From: an uncultured virus (IMG/VR IMGVR_UViG_3300031885_002559)
Lineage: Duplodnaviria; Heunggongvirae; Uroviricota; Caudoviricetes
Virus record (IMG/VR): IMGVR_UViG_3300031885_002559
Strand: one strand, 5' to 3'
Length of the DNA: 20,000 bases
The position numbers and the translations under genes were made by a program. Below the pieces are notes generated by a model. It did no database searches, had not been told where the DNA came from, and was given only the letters and a program-made list of their open reading frames with translations. This document shows positions 1 through 7,677 of this stretch, in pieces (position 1 is the stretch's first letter; each line of letters opens with the position of its first letter).

Positions 1-15
1 CCGCAACGTAAGCAC

Positions 16-57
16 AAAACGTAGACGTAGACAAGAACTATTTCGTCTACGTCTACG
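16..57 (-). terminator. Intrinsic terminator after the HNH gene
   Basis: 13-bp inverted repeat CGTAGACGTAGAC/GTCTACGTCTACG (20-32, 45-57) followed by TTTT on the minus strand. Confidence 0.6.
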
Positions 58-618
58 CTATGCTCGCCGCAGCATGAACGGCTCCCAGTCCGGGTGCTTC
101 GGGGTAATCGTCAAGGCGACGATGACCTCCTTTGGCACAACGGGCTTGATGCGGAGCTTGAGACCGGCCTCTTCCGGCGTCCGGTTGGCCTTCCGGTGGT
201 TGATGTCCTTCCGGCTCCAGACAAGGTTGGTCCACGTGTTTCCGCCACCCCGGCTGCGAGGCATGACGTGGTCGAGCGTGCCGTCCGGGGCGTACTCACC
301 CGTATACGCGCAGTGGTACTTGTCGCGCTTGGCAACACCCCGGCGGTCCAGCTTCGGGCGCGTCTTGGGCATCCCCTCGTAGGCCGTGACTACGACCGTA
401 GGAACACGGACCTGACGGTTGGTCGTGCGGATGCACACGTCAGTCTCGCGGATCGGCAAGGCAATCCACGTCTCCCACGTACACGCCAGCATGGTCGTCG
501 TGTCGATGGCGCGCTTCTGGCCCCGGCAGATGTCGCACAAAGCCGTGCCAACGTCGGTTTCAGCAATCGCCTGCCAGCCAGCGTTCAGCACGAGCACTTT
601 TCGTGTGAGCAGTTCCAT
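58..618 (-). CDS. HNH endonuclease (McrA-like)
   Basis: VLVLNAGW N-terminus; RDKYHCAY and TLDHVMPRSRGGGNTWTNLV...NHRKANRTPEEAG HNH motifs. Confidence 0.9.
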   Translation of the reverse strand: MELLTRKVLVLNAGWQAIAETDVGTALCDICRGQKRAIDTTTMLACTWETWIALPIRETDVCIRTTNRQVRVPTVVVTAYEGMPKTRPKLDRRGVAKRDKYHCAYTGEYAPDGTLDHVMPRSRGGGNTWTNLVWSRKDINHRKANRTPEEAGLKLRIKPVVPKEVIVALTITPKHPDWEPFMLRRA

Positions 619-650
619 AAATCTTGGGCGGTGTTTGTTCTTTGTTAAGC

Positions 651-995
651 GTGCGCGAACGCGAGTACGACATCAAGCAGGAGATTTTCAGGCTAATATC
701 GCCTGCTGCCGGGCGCGCACGGATGCGAAACCGGTGGGAATACGTCTGCTGGCTCCACGACAAGGGCCTCGACTTCGCGCACATTGGTCGTCTGATCGAC
801 CGGCACGAGACCACGGCCAAGCGCCTATGGAAGCGCGGCACGAAGGAGAGGATGGTCCCGGCGGTCGGGGTTGCACCGACACTCGACGGGTCAAAGCCGT
901 CACGTGCTACTGTTACACCACGCCGGAAAATGGTACCGCCAGCCGGGGACGATCCGGCAACCCTCCGGTTAAAAGCCGGATGCTCTGCCTGTTGA
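651..995 (+). CDS. Small putative HTH protein
   Basis: GTG at 651 follows a GTTCT motif; KGLDFAHIGRLIDRHETTAKRLW resembles an HTH; the C-terminal part is antisense to two tRNAs. Confidence 0.45.
   Translation: MREREYDIKQEIFRLISPAAGRARMRNRWEYVCWLHDKGLDFAHIGRLIDRHETTAKRLWKRGTKERMVPAVGVAPTLDGSKPSRATVTPRRKMVPPAGDDPATLRLKAGCSAC
853..927 (-). tRNA. tRNA-Gln(TTG)
   Basis: Cloverleaf, anticodon loop CTTTGAC, encoded CCA. Confidence 0.9.
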
Positions 996-1006
996 GCTAT
1001 GGCGGT
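931..1006 (-). tRNA. tRNA-Lys(TTT)
   Basis: Cloverleaf, loop CTTTTAA, CCA. Confidence 0.9.
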
Positions 1007-1012
1007 ATACGG

Positions 1013-1096
1013 TGGTCGTCGCGGGGAGACTTGCACTCCCAAGGCTCTCAGGCTCTCGACCTGAACCCTCTGCTATTCGGGCTTAACCACGCGACG
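1013..1096 (-). tRNA. Atypical tRNA-Leu(GAG), 84 nt
   Basis: 7-bp acceptor, 8-nt connector, loop TCGAGAG, short variable region, CCA. Confidence 0.75.
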
Positions 1097-1115
1097 GAAA
1101 GCTGTTCTACGGACT

Positions 1116-1616
1116 GTGCCCGTACACCAAAGAAGGCCAGACCTCATCAACGAGGCAAACATCGCTGAAAGCAGCAGGGTCTACTGGAAACATCACGGTA
1201 TTCTGCTAGTACCCATCAAGGCTGACGAAATGGCCGAGACAGACATCGTGTGGCTTTCAGGCCAGTACGCGGGCCTTGTAAACGAGTGTAAGTGCCGTTT
1301 CCGTGTTAAAGTCACCGACTACGATTTGCTGATCGACAAAAAGAAGATCAACGCAGGCATCAAAGAGGCAGAACGCCTTAACGTCAGATTCTTGTTAACA
1401 ATCTGGTGGGGAGCCCAAAACGGTATTGGCGACGACGTAGCGTGGGCACGCTGGATCGACCGAGACGAGGCGAGTAAGTTCAAGGTGGTCCTGTGGGGAC
1501 GAAACGATGAACGCGACGACAACGACATAGACCCCTCGTACAGCATACCTACTCACACTTTCACCATAGCGATTCCAATGCTCTACGAGAGGCTGCGATC
1601 ACCCGCATCTACGTGA
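1116..1616 (+). CDS. Putative PD-(D/E)XK nuclease
   Basis: TDIVW...NECKCR fits the D...ExK pattern; 166 aa; GTG start after a GTTCT motif. Confidence 0.6.
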   Translation: MPVHQRRPDLINEANIAESSRVYWKHHGILLVPIKADEMAETDIVWLSGQYAGLVNECKCRFRVKVTDYDLLIDKKKINAGIKEAERLNVRFLLTIWWGAQNGIGDDVAWARWIDRDEASKFKVVLWGRNDERDDNDIDPSYSIPTHTFTIAIPMLYERLRSPAST

Positions 1617-1621
1617 CCGCA

Positions 1622-1676
1622 CGCCGCTTAGCACGCGACGAAAAAGAAAATGGTGCCCGCCGCTTAGCACGCGACG
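1622..1676. repeat. 19-bp direct repeat CGCCGCTTAGCACGCGACG (1622-1640, 1658-1676)
   Basis: Exact duplication; each copy forms a hairpin with a GTGCTAA loop on the minus strand. Confidence 0.9.
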
Positions 1677-1682
1677 GGCACC
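1641..1682 (-). terminator. Intrinsic terminator
   Basis: GGTGCCCGTCGC-loop-GCGGCGGGCACC followed by ATTTTCTTTTT. Confidence 0.8.
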
Positions 1683-1960
1683 GGTATCAAACGGAGCTTT
1701 TTAGCTTTGAAATCGAACAAGCACGAAACTTTGAGCTTGATCCTGATGCTCTACCGCTGAGCTACCCGCTCAAAACCAAAACCGTGAAAGTGGCGAGCGG
1801 GATGGGATTTGAACCCACGACCTCAGTTTAAGTTGTTTCGTCTCGCAGATTTCCTTCCGCCTGCGTTGTTGAGCCTTCGGGTGATAGCCTGATCTTTAGC
1901 CTGAATCTGACGATTACCCTGAGCTTGGACAGGACTGCCTTACGACAGCCCCACCCGAAA
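1683..1960 (-). ncRNA. Unassigned ncRNA with a permuted tRNA module (1743-1826) and hexamer tracts
   Basis: T arm, 3' acceptor strand and GCCA come before a 19-nt linker, the 5' acceptor strand and the D arm; TTCGGGTG/CACCCGAA helix encloses seven in-phase hexamers. Confidence 0.7.
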
Positions 1961-2725
1961 TCAAACCTGACCGTTGAAGATGTAGCGCAGCAGATGCGCG
2001 CCGATCTTCTTGAAGAGGTCCACCTCTGTCTCGTTGGCCCGCGAGCGCGCTCGACGGACAGAGCGCAGCAGGATTTCCGAGCGTTCCAGCAGCTCCGCCT
2101 TCTCGGCGGGCGTGACCAACCCCGACCACTCTTGCTCGTGGATCGTACCAACCGGCACGTCCACGGTCAGCATCTCAGTCTGAGCCGGGTGCTCCTTGGT
2201 GGCGTCGTACTTGATGACGACCCGCACGTCCTTCTTGGTGCGGGTCTTCACAACCTCACGCGCCCGGTAGATGTGCTCGCCGCGCTCCGGGTCCGCTGTG
2301 AAACCCTTGGCTGGGTCCAGCGTGGGCACGGCGTGAACGAGCGCGTGAATCTCCGCGATGCGCTTTTCCAGTTCGAGCAGAGCAGTTGCCGGAACGTCCT
2401 TGACCAGCACGGTCCCCGCGTCGTCGTCGAGAATGATGTCGGCGCGAGCCACGGTGTTGGCTTCAGCCACCTGAAACGACGCGTCCAGCGCCTTCTGGAG
2501 AAAAGCGCTGATCCACTTCAGCTCCTTGCGAACAGTCGATTGGATGTCCGACTGCCCCTCGGTGACGGCGGGCTTGCCCTCTTCCGAGGGAACGAACAGA
2601 ACGCGCTTTTCTTCAAACAGGTGGCGCTTCTTTTCAAAGGTAGCGGCCAAGTCGGTACGCGTCTTGGTCGCCTGTGTTTCGAGATTGGTCTCAACGGCCA
2701 GTAGTTCGTGGAGTCGTGTTGGCAT
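1961..2725 (-). CDS. Hypothetical helical/coiled-coil protein
   Basis: 254-aa ORF with protein-like composition and its own upstream promoter-like motif. Confidence 0.85.
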   Translation of the reverse strand: MPTRLHELLAVETNLETQATKTRTDLAATFEKKRHLFEEKRVLFVPSEEGKPAVTEGQSDIQSTVRKELKWISAFLQKALDASFQVAEANTVARADIILDDDAGTVLVKDVPATALLELEKRIAEIHALVHAVPTLDPAKGFTADPERGEHIYRAREVVKTRTKKDVRVVIKYDATKEHPAQTEMLTVDVPVGTIHEQEWSGLVTPAEKAELLERSEILLRSVRRARSRANETEVDLFKKIGAHLLRYIFNGQV

Positions 2726-2735
2726 ATCTGTGCGT

Positions 2736-2763
2736 AGCGTATACTTGTTGATGGTTTCGTCAA
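2736..2763 (-). promoter_or_regulatory. Putative sigma70-type promoter
   Basis: TTGACG-N16-TACGCT; same TTGAC-N14-GTATACG spacing as 6216-6243. Confidence 0.5.
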
Positions 2764-2782
2764 CAGAAAAACTCGGTCAAAG

Positions 2783-3325
2783 TCACCGCCGCCTAAACCT
2801 ATCGACGTAAACGGGAATCCGTGTTGGTGGTTTCACAGGCTCTTGTGAGACTTGTGGAACAGAATTGGTAGTCACCTGCTCAGGCGGTTTTGCTTTTAGC
2901 AGACGCCGTTTTCCCACTTCTTTGACGGCGATGACCTCTTTCGTCGCGCAATTCTCCGCCGCAGCTTCTTCTGCGGTCTCAAAGACAAGCTTGGCCCCGT
3001 TAGCTCGAACTACGATCCAGAACTTTCGCGCTTGGACAAGCACACCCGTTTTGCTGGGAACGTAAGCCGTCACGTCCCAGACAAGCGCTTTCATCTCCGT
3101 GATCGAGCACTCGCGCTCGCCTACGACTTCAATCACGCGCAGAGTCTCAAGTTCAGCAAAGCGCGGGCGAATACTGTCGATTTGGTAACCAGCCAGCGCG
3201 CTGGCAACTTCGTGCGCTGTCAGTGGGCCGTGGTGAAATAGGTGTGCGTATACACTCCAGCGCAATCCGGTCAGCAGTCCTGAGTCTTCAATTTTTGCGT
3301 ATGCTTCAGCACTGGTGTTGCGCAT
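2783..3325 (-). CDS. Putative winged-helix DNA-binding protein
   Basis: HGPLTAHEVASAL...SIRPRFAELE...GERECSIT pattern typical of phage wHTH proteins. Confidence 0.7.
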   Translation of the reverse strand: MRNTSAEAYAKIEDSGLLTGLRWSVYAHLFHHGPLTAHEVASALAGYQIDSIRPRFAELETLRVIEVVGERECSITEMKALVWDVTAYVPSKTGVLVQARKFWIVVRANGAKLVFETAEEAAAENCATKEVIAVKEVGKRRLLKAKPPEQVTTNSVPQVSQEPVKPPTRIPVYVDRFRRR

Positions 3326-3339
3326 ACCACTATAGAACG

Positions 3340-3372
3340 TGGTTGACCCGGTCGGCTACGATCCGACAACCT
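3340..3372 (-). pseudogene. Orphan tRNA 3' half
   Basis: AGGTT GTCGG ATCGTAG CCGAC CGGGTCA ACCA with no 5' half. Confidence 0.7.
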
Positions 3373-3448
3373 TGGTGGGCCTTGTGGGACTCAAACCCAC
3401 GGTCTATCGCTTATGAGGCGATTGCTTTAGTCGCTAAGCTAAAAGCCC
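3373..3448 (-). tRNA. tRNA with CAT anticodon (probably Ile2)
   Basis: Loop CTCATAA, GGGCTTT acceptor, A73; Ile2 versus Met is inferred. Confidence 0.8.
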
Positions 3449-3454
3449 AGAAAA

Positions 3455-3545
3455 TGGCGGAAGGCAGTGGACATCATCCACACCCCGGTTTAGCGGAGCC
3501 GTCGGTTTAGCAAACCGCGATAGCACGCTGGCTATTTTACCTTCC
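3455..3545 (-). tRNA. tRNA-Ser(GCT), 8/4 fold
   Basis: 8-bp acceptor GGAAGGTA/TGCCTTCC, 4-bp T stem, long variable arm, G73. Confidence 0.8.
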
Positions 3546-3551
3546 GTATAC

Positions 3552-3585
3552 AAAAGGCGGCTGGCCAGTTTCCCAGCCAGCCGCC
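3552..3585 (-). terminator. Terminator after the Ro60 gene
   Basis: GGCGGCTGGCTGG/CTGGCCAGCCGCC hairpin followed by TTTT. Confidence 0.75.
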
Positions 3586-3605
3586 GTTGGGCCTGTAGGC
3601 CGCAG

Positions 3606-5288
3606 CTATTCGTCAGCCACAGTCTCTTCGGCCTTGGCTGCCGCGTCACCACGGATGAAGTTCGCGATGATCGGCGGGGCCGACGCATCGAAACCTACGA
3701 CATCCAGACCGAACTTGTCGGTCGGATCGTTGACGGTGAAGTCGTTCGCGCACGTAGCCACGAAGACCGACCGGGCATCCCGTACGAACTTCTGCCGGTA
3801 CTCGCGCAGCGCCTGAGCCGGGTGGCGACCGCAGTTGACCTCACCGTCGGTCATGCAGATGAAGCCACCGACCTCCAGCTTGTTCTGGAGCGCGTACTGG
3901 AATGCCAGCGAGATGTCCGTCGAACCGAAGTTCGAGCGTAACGCCCGGTTCATCGCGTCGTCGAGCGACATACCCTTGCGGATACCCAGCTCCACGAACT
4001 GATGCGCAAACCCGAAGACGTGGCACTCTGGCTCCACGCTCAGGTGAATGAGCGACAAGGCCGCCGTTGCCTCGCACGAGCGAAGCACCGAGCCAGCGAT
4101 CTGGCTGCCCATCGAGCCTGAAACATCCAGAGCGATGAGCACCGGCTTGCCGCAGGGTACGACGTTCGGAAACGCCGCGTAGAAGGCTTGGTCAAGGTCC
4201 GCTAGGATCGACGGGACCGGGGTCCACGTGAGATCGCCCTTGATGCCACGGCCCTGCCCGTATACGCGGTGAGCGACCAGCACCGCCATCGGGTGAATGC
4301 GCGACTTCCGCAGGTACGCTGCGTCAGTCAGTCGGTTCCGCACCAGTTTGGCCGCTGCCGACAGCGGCTTCACCAGCCCGATGGAGGTCATCTTGCCGAG
4401 GTTACGGATCAGGGCCGTAAGCGGCATCTTCTGAAGCAGAGCCTCCCAGACGGCGAGGCTGTTCAGGTGCTGCGTCGGGATCGCCTCCCGAGGGAGGTTG
4501 CTCTCGACGATGAGTTCGATGACCCGCTTCTCGGAAGCCGTCTTGGCCTCCTCGAACGCCTTGATCAACTCGGGCAGGTAACGCGTGCGCGACGGGTACT
4601 TCGCGACGGTCTCCTTGGCCTTCCGCTTGACCTCCCGCGCACCCAGCACACCCATGCCGCCAACCATCCAGCGCAGAACCGAGTCCTGCGCGGCGGAGGC
4701 CGCCTTCGGATGAGCCAGACGCAGGATGTCTGCGTGGGTCCAACCGTCACGCTGCTGGTACTTGATCGCCTGAAAGGCCAACTGGTCAGCCTCCCGAGAC
4801 GTGTACCAGCCGCTGGCTGCCCGGCAGATAGCTCGTCCCCATCCACGCAGCGCGTTGATGTACTGCGCGAAGTGGAACAGGTGCGTGCCGATACGGCAAA
4901 CCTTGGGGAGTGCCGCTGCCGCTGCCGCCTTGGCTGCCGTGTCACCGTGGGTGAGCGCCAGCGCCAGAGCGAAGATGGCCGGGTCATTGCGGTACGCAAG
5001 GCCCTTGTCGGAGACCTCAGTGATCCGCTTGACGGCCCGAACACCGTCAGCCTTGATGCAGCGTACGGTCGCGCCGTGCTTCTGCTTCAGGAGTTCCGGC
5101 TCCTTGATGTAGTACGTGCCCTTCTCGACCCCGAGGATCAGGAAGCGGTCAAGGTTTGCCCAGTCATCGACCTGCCAGACAAATCCGCCGTCGGAATCCG
5201 GCACCATGTCGGTGCGGCCCGGCAGAGGCTGGGTAACCGGCGTGTTGGTGGCGCGCCGGTTGAACTGCGTCATGTTGATGGTTGCCAT
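3606..5288 (-). CDS. rsr: Ro60/Rsr RNA-binding protein (TROVE + vWA)
   Basis: LDRFLILG, KYQQRDGWTHADILRLAHP, MPLTALIRNLG, SRIHP motifs; vWA MIDAS DVSGSM; 560 aa. Confidence 0.95.
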   Translation of the reverse strand: MATINMTQFNRRATNTPVTQPLPGRTDMVPDSDGGFVWQVDDWANLDRFLILGVEKGTYYIKEPELLKQKHGATVRCIKADGVRAVKRITEVSDKGLAYRNDPAIFALALALTHGDTAAKAAAAAALPKVCRIGTHLFHFAQYINALRGWGRAICRAASGWYTSREADQLAFQAIKYQQRDGWTHADILRLAHPKAASAAQDSVLRWMVGGMGVLGAREVKRKAKETVAKYPSRTRYLPELIKAFEEAKTASEKRVIELIVESNLPREAIPTQHLNSLAVWEALLQKMPLTALIRNLGKMTSIGLVKPLSAAAKLVRNRLTDAAYLRKSRIHPMAVLVAHRVYGQGRGIKGDLTWTPVPSILADLDQAFYAAFPNVVPCGKPVLIALDVSGSMGSQIAGSVLRSCEATAALSLIHLSVEPECHVFGFAHQFVELGIRKGMSLDDAMNRALRSNFGSTDISLAFQYALQNKLEVGGFICMTDGEVNCGRHPAQALREYRQKFVRDARSVFVATCANDFTVNDPTDKFGLDVVGFDASAPPIIANFIRGDAAAKAEETVADE

Positions 5289-5370
5289 AGGTAATGGCAG
5301 TCGTACTTCCCGTATACGTTATCGGGTTTTCACCGCTGGCTGCTGCTACAGCCTGATGGTTTTTGACAGT

Positions 5371-5396
5371 CGTCCAGCAAGGGAATCGGCCAGACG
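5371..5396 (-). promoter_or_regulatory. Minimal Y-RNA-like hairpin in the rsr leader
   Basis: CGTCTGGCCGA-TTC-CCTTGCTGGACG reproduces the GCCGA/CTTGC stem of the Y RNAs. Confidence 0.55.
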
Positions 5397-5428
5397 AAAG
5401 CGACGAAGAGAAGAACACGAAAGAAGAA

Positions 5429-5559
5429 TGGCGAGCAAAGAGACGCAGTCGGAAATGCTGACCGCTGTGCTACCGCTACACCAACTCCCGGTGTTCGGGA
5501 GCCAAGGAGTCGAACCTTGTCCAACGGTTCCGATGATAACCAACTACTACGGCTCGCCA
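5429..5559 (-). ncRNA. yrlA: Y RNA, YrlA type
   Basis: Terminal stem TGGCGAGC/GCTCGCCA; T arm, then looped acceptor-like stem, then D arm; next to the Ro60 gene. Confidence 0.85.
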
Positions 5560-5562
5560 AAG

Positions 5563-6015
5563 TGGTGGAGGCGAGGGGAATCGAACCCCTGTCCTTATGC
5601 GCCTTGCGACGCGTTCACATGCTTCCCCGATTTTGACCAGTAGACTGGAGCCAGACCGGGAACTGCTCTCAGCCGGTGCGGTGAAGACCACCGCCGGTCA
5701 GCGCCGACTTGTTCGCTCGGCACCCAGACTAACCTGCTGTCGTCGGTCGGCCCAGCCTAGCAGGCGTCAGTTGGCGACCGTCGCACGGCGTTTAGGCCGC
5801 AGCGAGTTCCAGAACCTCGGTCTCTTCAAACTGAACGAGGATCGCATCCGGGTTGCGGATGATCTCCGTCGCTTCAGCGAGCAGGGACTCGATGTTCAGG
5901 GTATCAGTTGCTTCGTCAGCAGTTGATGTTTGCCTCGGGGTTTTACGTGGCCAACGAGACATCCACGGCATGTAGCGCACGGTCCAGCAACACAAGTCGA
6001 GACCTGTACGCCCCC
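5563..6015 (-). ncRNA. ssrA: tmRNA
   Basis: 5' GGGGGCG...CTCGAC; 3' T arm and CGCCTCCACCA with G3.U70; tag frame ends ELAAA-stop at 5792. Confidence 0.93.
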
Positions 6016-6121
6016 ATCAAAGAACGATCTGAAAATAGGCCCCGGATCACTCCGGGGTCGGGGCTGGCTGGTTCAACAGCCGCCATCCACCATTCCGCCG
6101 CACATACGGCGAAATCGAAAT

Positions 6122-6198
6122 TGGTTGCGGGAGCTGGATTTGAACCAGCGACCTCTTGGTTATGAGCCAAGCGAGCTTCCGGGCTGCTCCACCCCGCG
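6122..6198 (-). tRNA. tRNA-fMet(CAT)
   Basis: CGCGGGG start, C1:A72 mismatch, loop CTCATAA. Confidence 0.92.
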
Positions 6199-6215
6199 AT
6201 GCAAAGAACGCTGTT

Positions 6216-6243
6216 ACCGTATACCTGCGCGAATCTCTGTCAA
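6216..6243 (-). promoter_or_regulatory. Putative sigma70-type promoter for fMet/tmRNA/Y RNA/rsr
   Basis: TTGACA-N16-TACGGT. Confidence 0.5.
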
Positions 6244-6251
6244 CGAAAAGT

Positions 6252-6335
6252 TGGTCGGCGCGGAGGGACTTGCACCCTCAAGGCTGACGGATTTTGAATC
6301 CGTCCGGTCTGCTATTCCCTGTGAACCACGCGCCG
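6252..6335 (-). tRNA. Atypical tRNA-Leu(CAA), 84 nt
   Basis: Loop TTCAAAA; extended connector; short variable region. Confidence 0.8.
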
Positions 6336-6341
6336 ACTAGA

Positions 6342-6425
6342 TGGTGTCCGCACCGGGACTTGCACCCGGAAGGGGCGGGGGTTTAAGCCCCGTGGCTCTG
6401 CTGTTCGCGCTGACCCCATGCGGAC
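6342..6425 (-). tRNA. Atypical tRNA-Leu(TAA), 84 nt
   Basis: Loop CTTAAAC; extended connector. Confidence 0.8.
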
Positions 6426-6433
6426 GTATACAG

Positions 6434-6509
6434 TGGTCGCTCCAGTCGGGGTTGCACCGACAACCTCTGGTTCCTAAGACCAGCGCCTCTGCTATTGGGC
6501 TATGGAGCG
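6434..6509 (-). tRNA. tRNA-Leu(TAG), short variable loop
   Basis: 76-nt class-I cloverleaf, loop CTTAGGA. Confidence 0.85.
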
Positions 6510-6513
6510 AAGA

Positions 6514-6597
6514 TGGTCGCCACGAGACGAATTGCACGTCCAAGGCTCACTCCTTCTGAGGGAGGCCCGTCTGCTATTCCGGGTAAACCACGTGGCG
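6514..6597 (-). tRNA. Atypical tRNA-Leu(CAG), 84 nt
   Basis: Loop CTCAGAA; extended connector. Confidence 0.75.
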
Positions 6598-6607
6598 TAG
6601 TTAAGGC

Positions 6608-7444
6608 ATGGCAGCAATACACAAACACCGCAGCCTAGCAAAGTTTCGGCGCACGGATAATAGTCCTCATCACTGCATTGAATGCGGTAAACGTCATACC
6701 AACTACCCGTCAAAAATGTGCCAAGACTGTGAAGCGCGCAGGACAGAGACCGAGTTTCCACAGCATGACGTGCCGCCCTATTTTCCACAGCCGGACAGCG
6801 ATGACTTCGATGAGTCAGCCGCCAAGCGCATCGTGGCCGTCATGCTCGAAGACATCCCCTACGGTTCCGACGCCCCGGATCGCGCAGGTGGCCCGGATGA
6901 CCCTTGGCGCAAAGGCGGCATGAATCCCCTTGGGTCCATGCAGTTCTCCGGCCAGCGGGCCGGAGAACAAGTACCAGTGCCAGACGAAGGCCAAGAGGAT
7001 GGCTTTGAAGAGTTCGCTGAGCCCCTCCGCCAGCGTGGCAAGACCGACGACGAGATCATCGCGCTTTGGCAAGCCCATCAAACGGCAGGCCAAGAGCGCC
7101 CGACGGCTAGCCCGGCCCCGACCACGCAACCCGTACCCCCGACCCAGATGGGCCACTCTCGCTTCCAGTGGCGTCCTGAGTCACGCCGCGTAAGCGCCCG
7201 CGAGATGATCGAGCACTGTGGTCACTGCGCCAGCGATCCCGCCGTCAAACGCGGAGCCAAGGTCGAGAAAGAGCACACGCGCAATCCGAAGAAGGCGGCC
7301 AAGATCGCTCAGGACCACCTGAAGGAAAACCCGAAGTACTACCCGAAGACTCCGCCGCCCAAGGGGGCCAAAGAGCGGTTGGCGTATACCAAAGGGCCGA
7401 AGCCAAAGTACGCGTTCTACGCTGGCGCAACCGGGTCAACCTAG
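6608..7444 (+). CDS. Phage protein with N-terminal Zn finger and C-terminal DUF5661-like motif
   Basis: CIEC...CQDC; GAKVEKEHT...AKIAQDHLKENPKYY (family recalled, not searched). Confidence 0.75.
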   Translation: MAAIHKHRSLAKFRRTDNSPHHCIECGKRHTNYPSKMCQDCEARRTETEFPQHDVPPYFPQPDSDDFDESAAKRIVAVMLEDIPYGSDAPDRAGGPDDPWRKGGMNPLGSMQFSGQRAGEQVPVPDEGQEDGFEEFAEPLRQRGKTDDEIIALWQAHQTAGQERPTASPAPTTQPVPPTQMGHSRFQWRPESRRVSAREMIEHCGHCASDPAVKRGAKVEKEHTRNPKKAAKIAQDHLKENPKYYPKTPPPKGAKERLAYTKGPKPKYAFYAGATGST

Positions 7445-7445
7445 A

Positions 7446-7521
7446 TGGTACCCTCGGCTGGAGTCTCGCCAGCAACCTGCGGTTTCGAGGACCGCCGCTC
7501 TATAAATTGAGCTACGAGGGC
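7446..7521 (-). tRNA. tRNA-Arg(TCG)
   Basis: Loop CCTCGAA, cloverleaf, CCA. Confidence 0.85.
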
Positions 7522-7665
7522 ATGAAAGCCAAACAGATCATCGAAGCGATGCTGCCGTATCCAAAGCAGTTCGTCGCCAAAGCGAAGCCGTCTGTCCGTA
7601 CGACGTGGGCCAACAAGAAGCCAAAGGCGAAAGCGTGGTTCATGGGCTGGCGCGGGGGCGGGTAG
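7522..7665 (+). CDS. Small basic protein (47 aa)
   Basis: MKAKQIIEAMLPYPKQF...WRGGG fills the gap; not in the ORF track (<60 aa). Confidence 0.5.
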   Translation: MKAKQIIEAMLPYPKQFVAKAKPSVRTTWANKKPKAKAWFMGWRGGG

Positions 7666-7677
7666 TAGTTAGAGCGT

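Noticed and set aside
1743..1826. Two-piece (permuted) tmRNA
   Set aside because: No G3.U70, discriminator is G, a full D arm is present, there is no degron-like tag, and a standard tmRNA already exists at 5563-6015
4269..5294. Long plus-strand ORF (also 1925-2704, 12119-12787 and 13021-13650)
   Set aside because: Antisense shadows of GC-rich real genes
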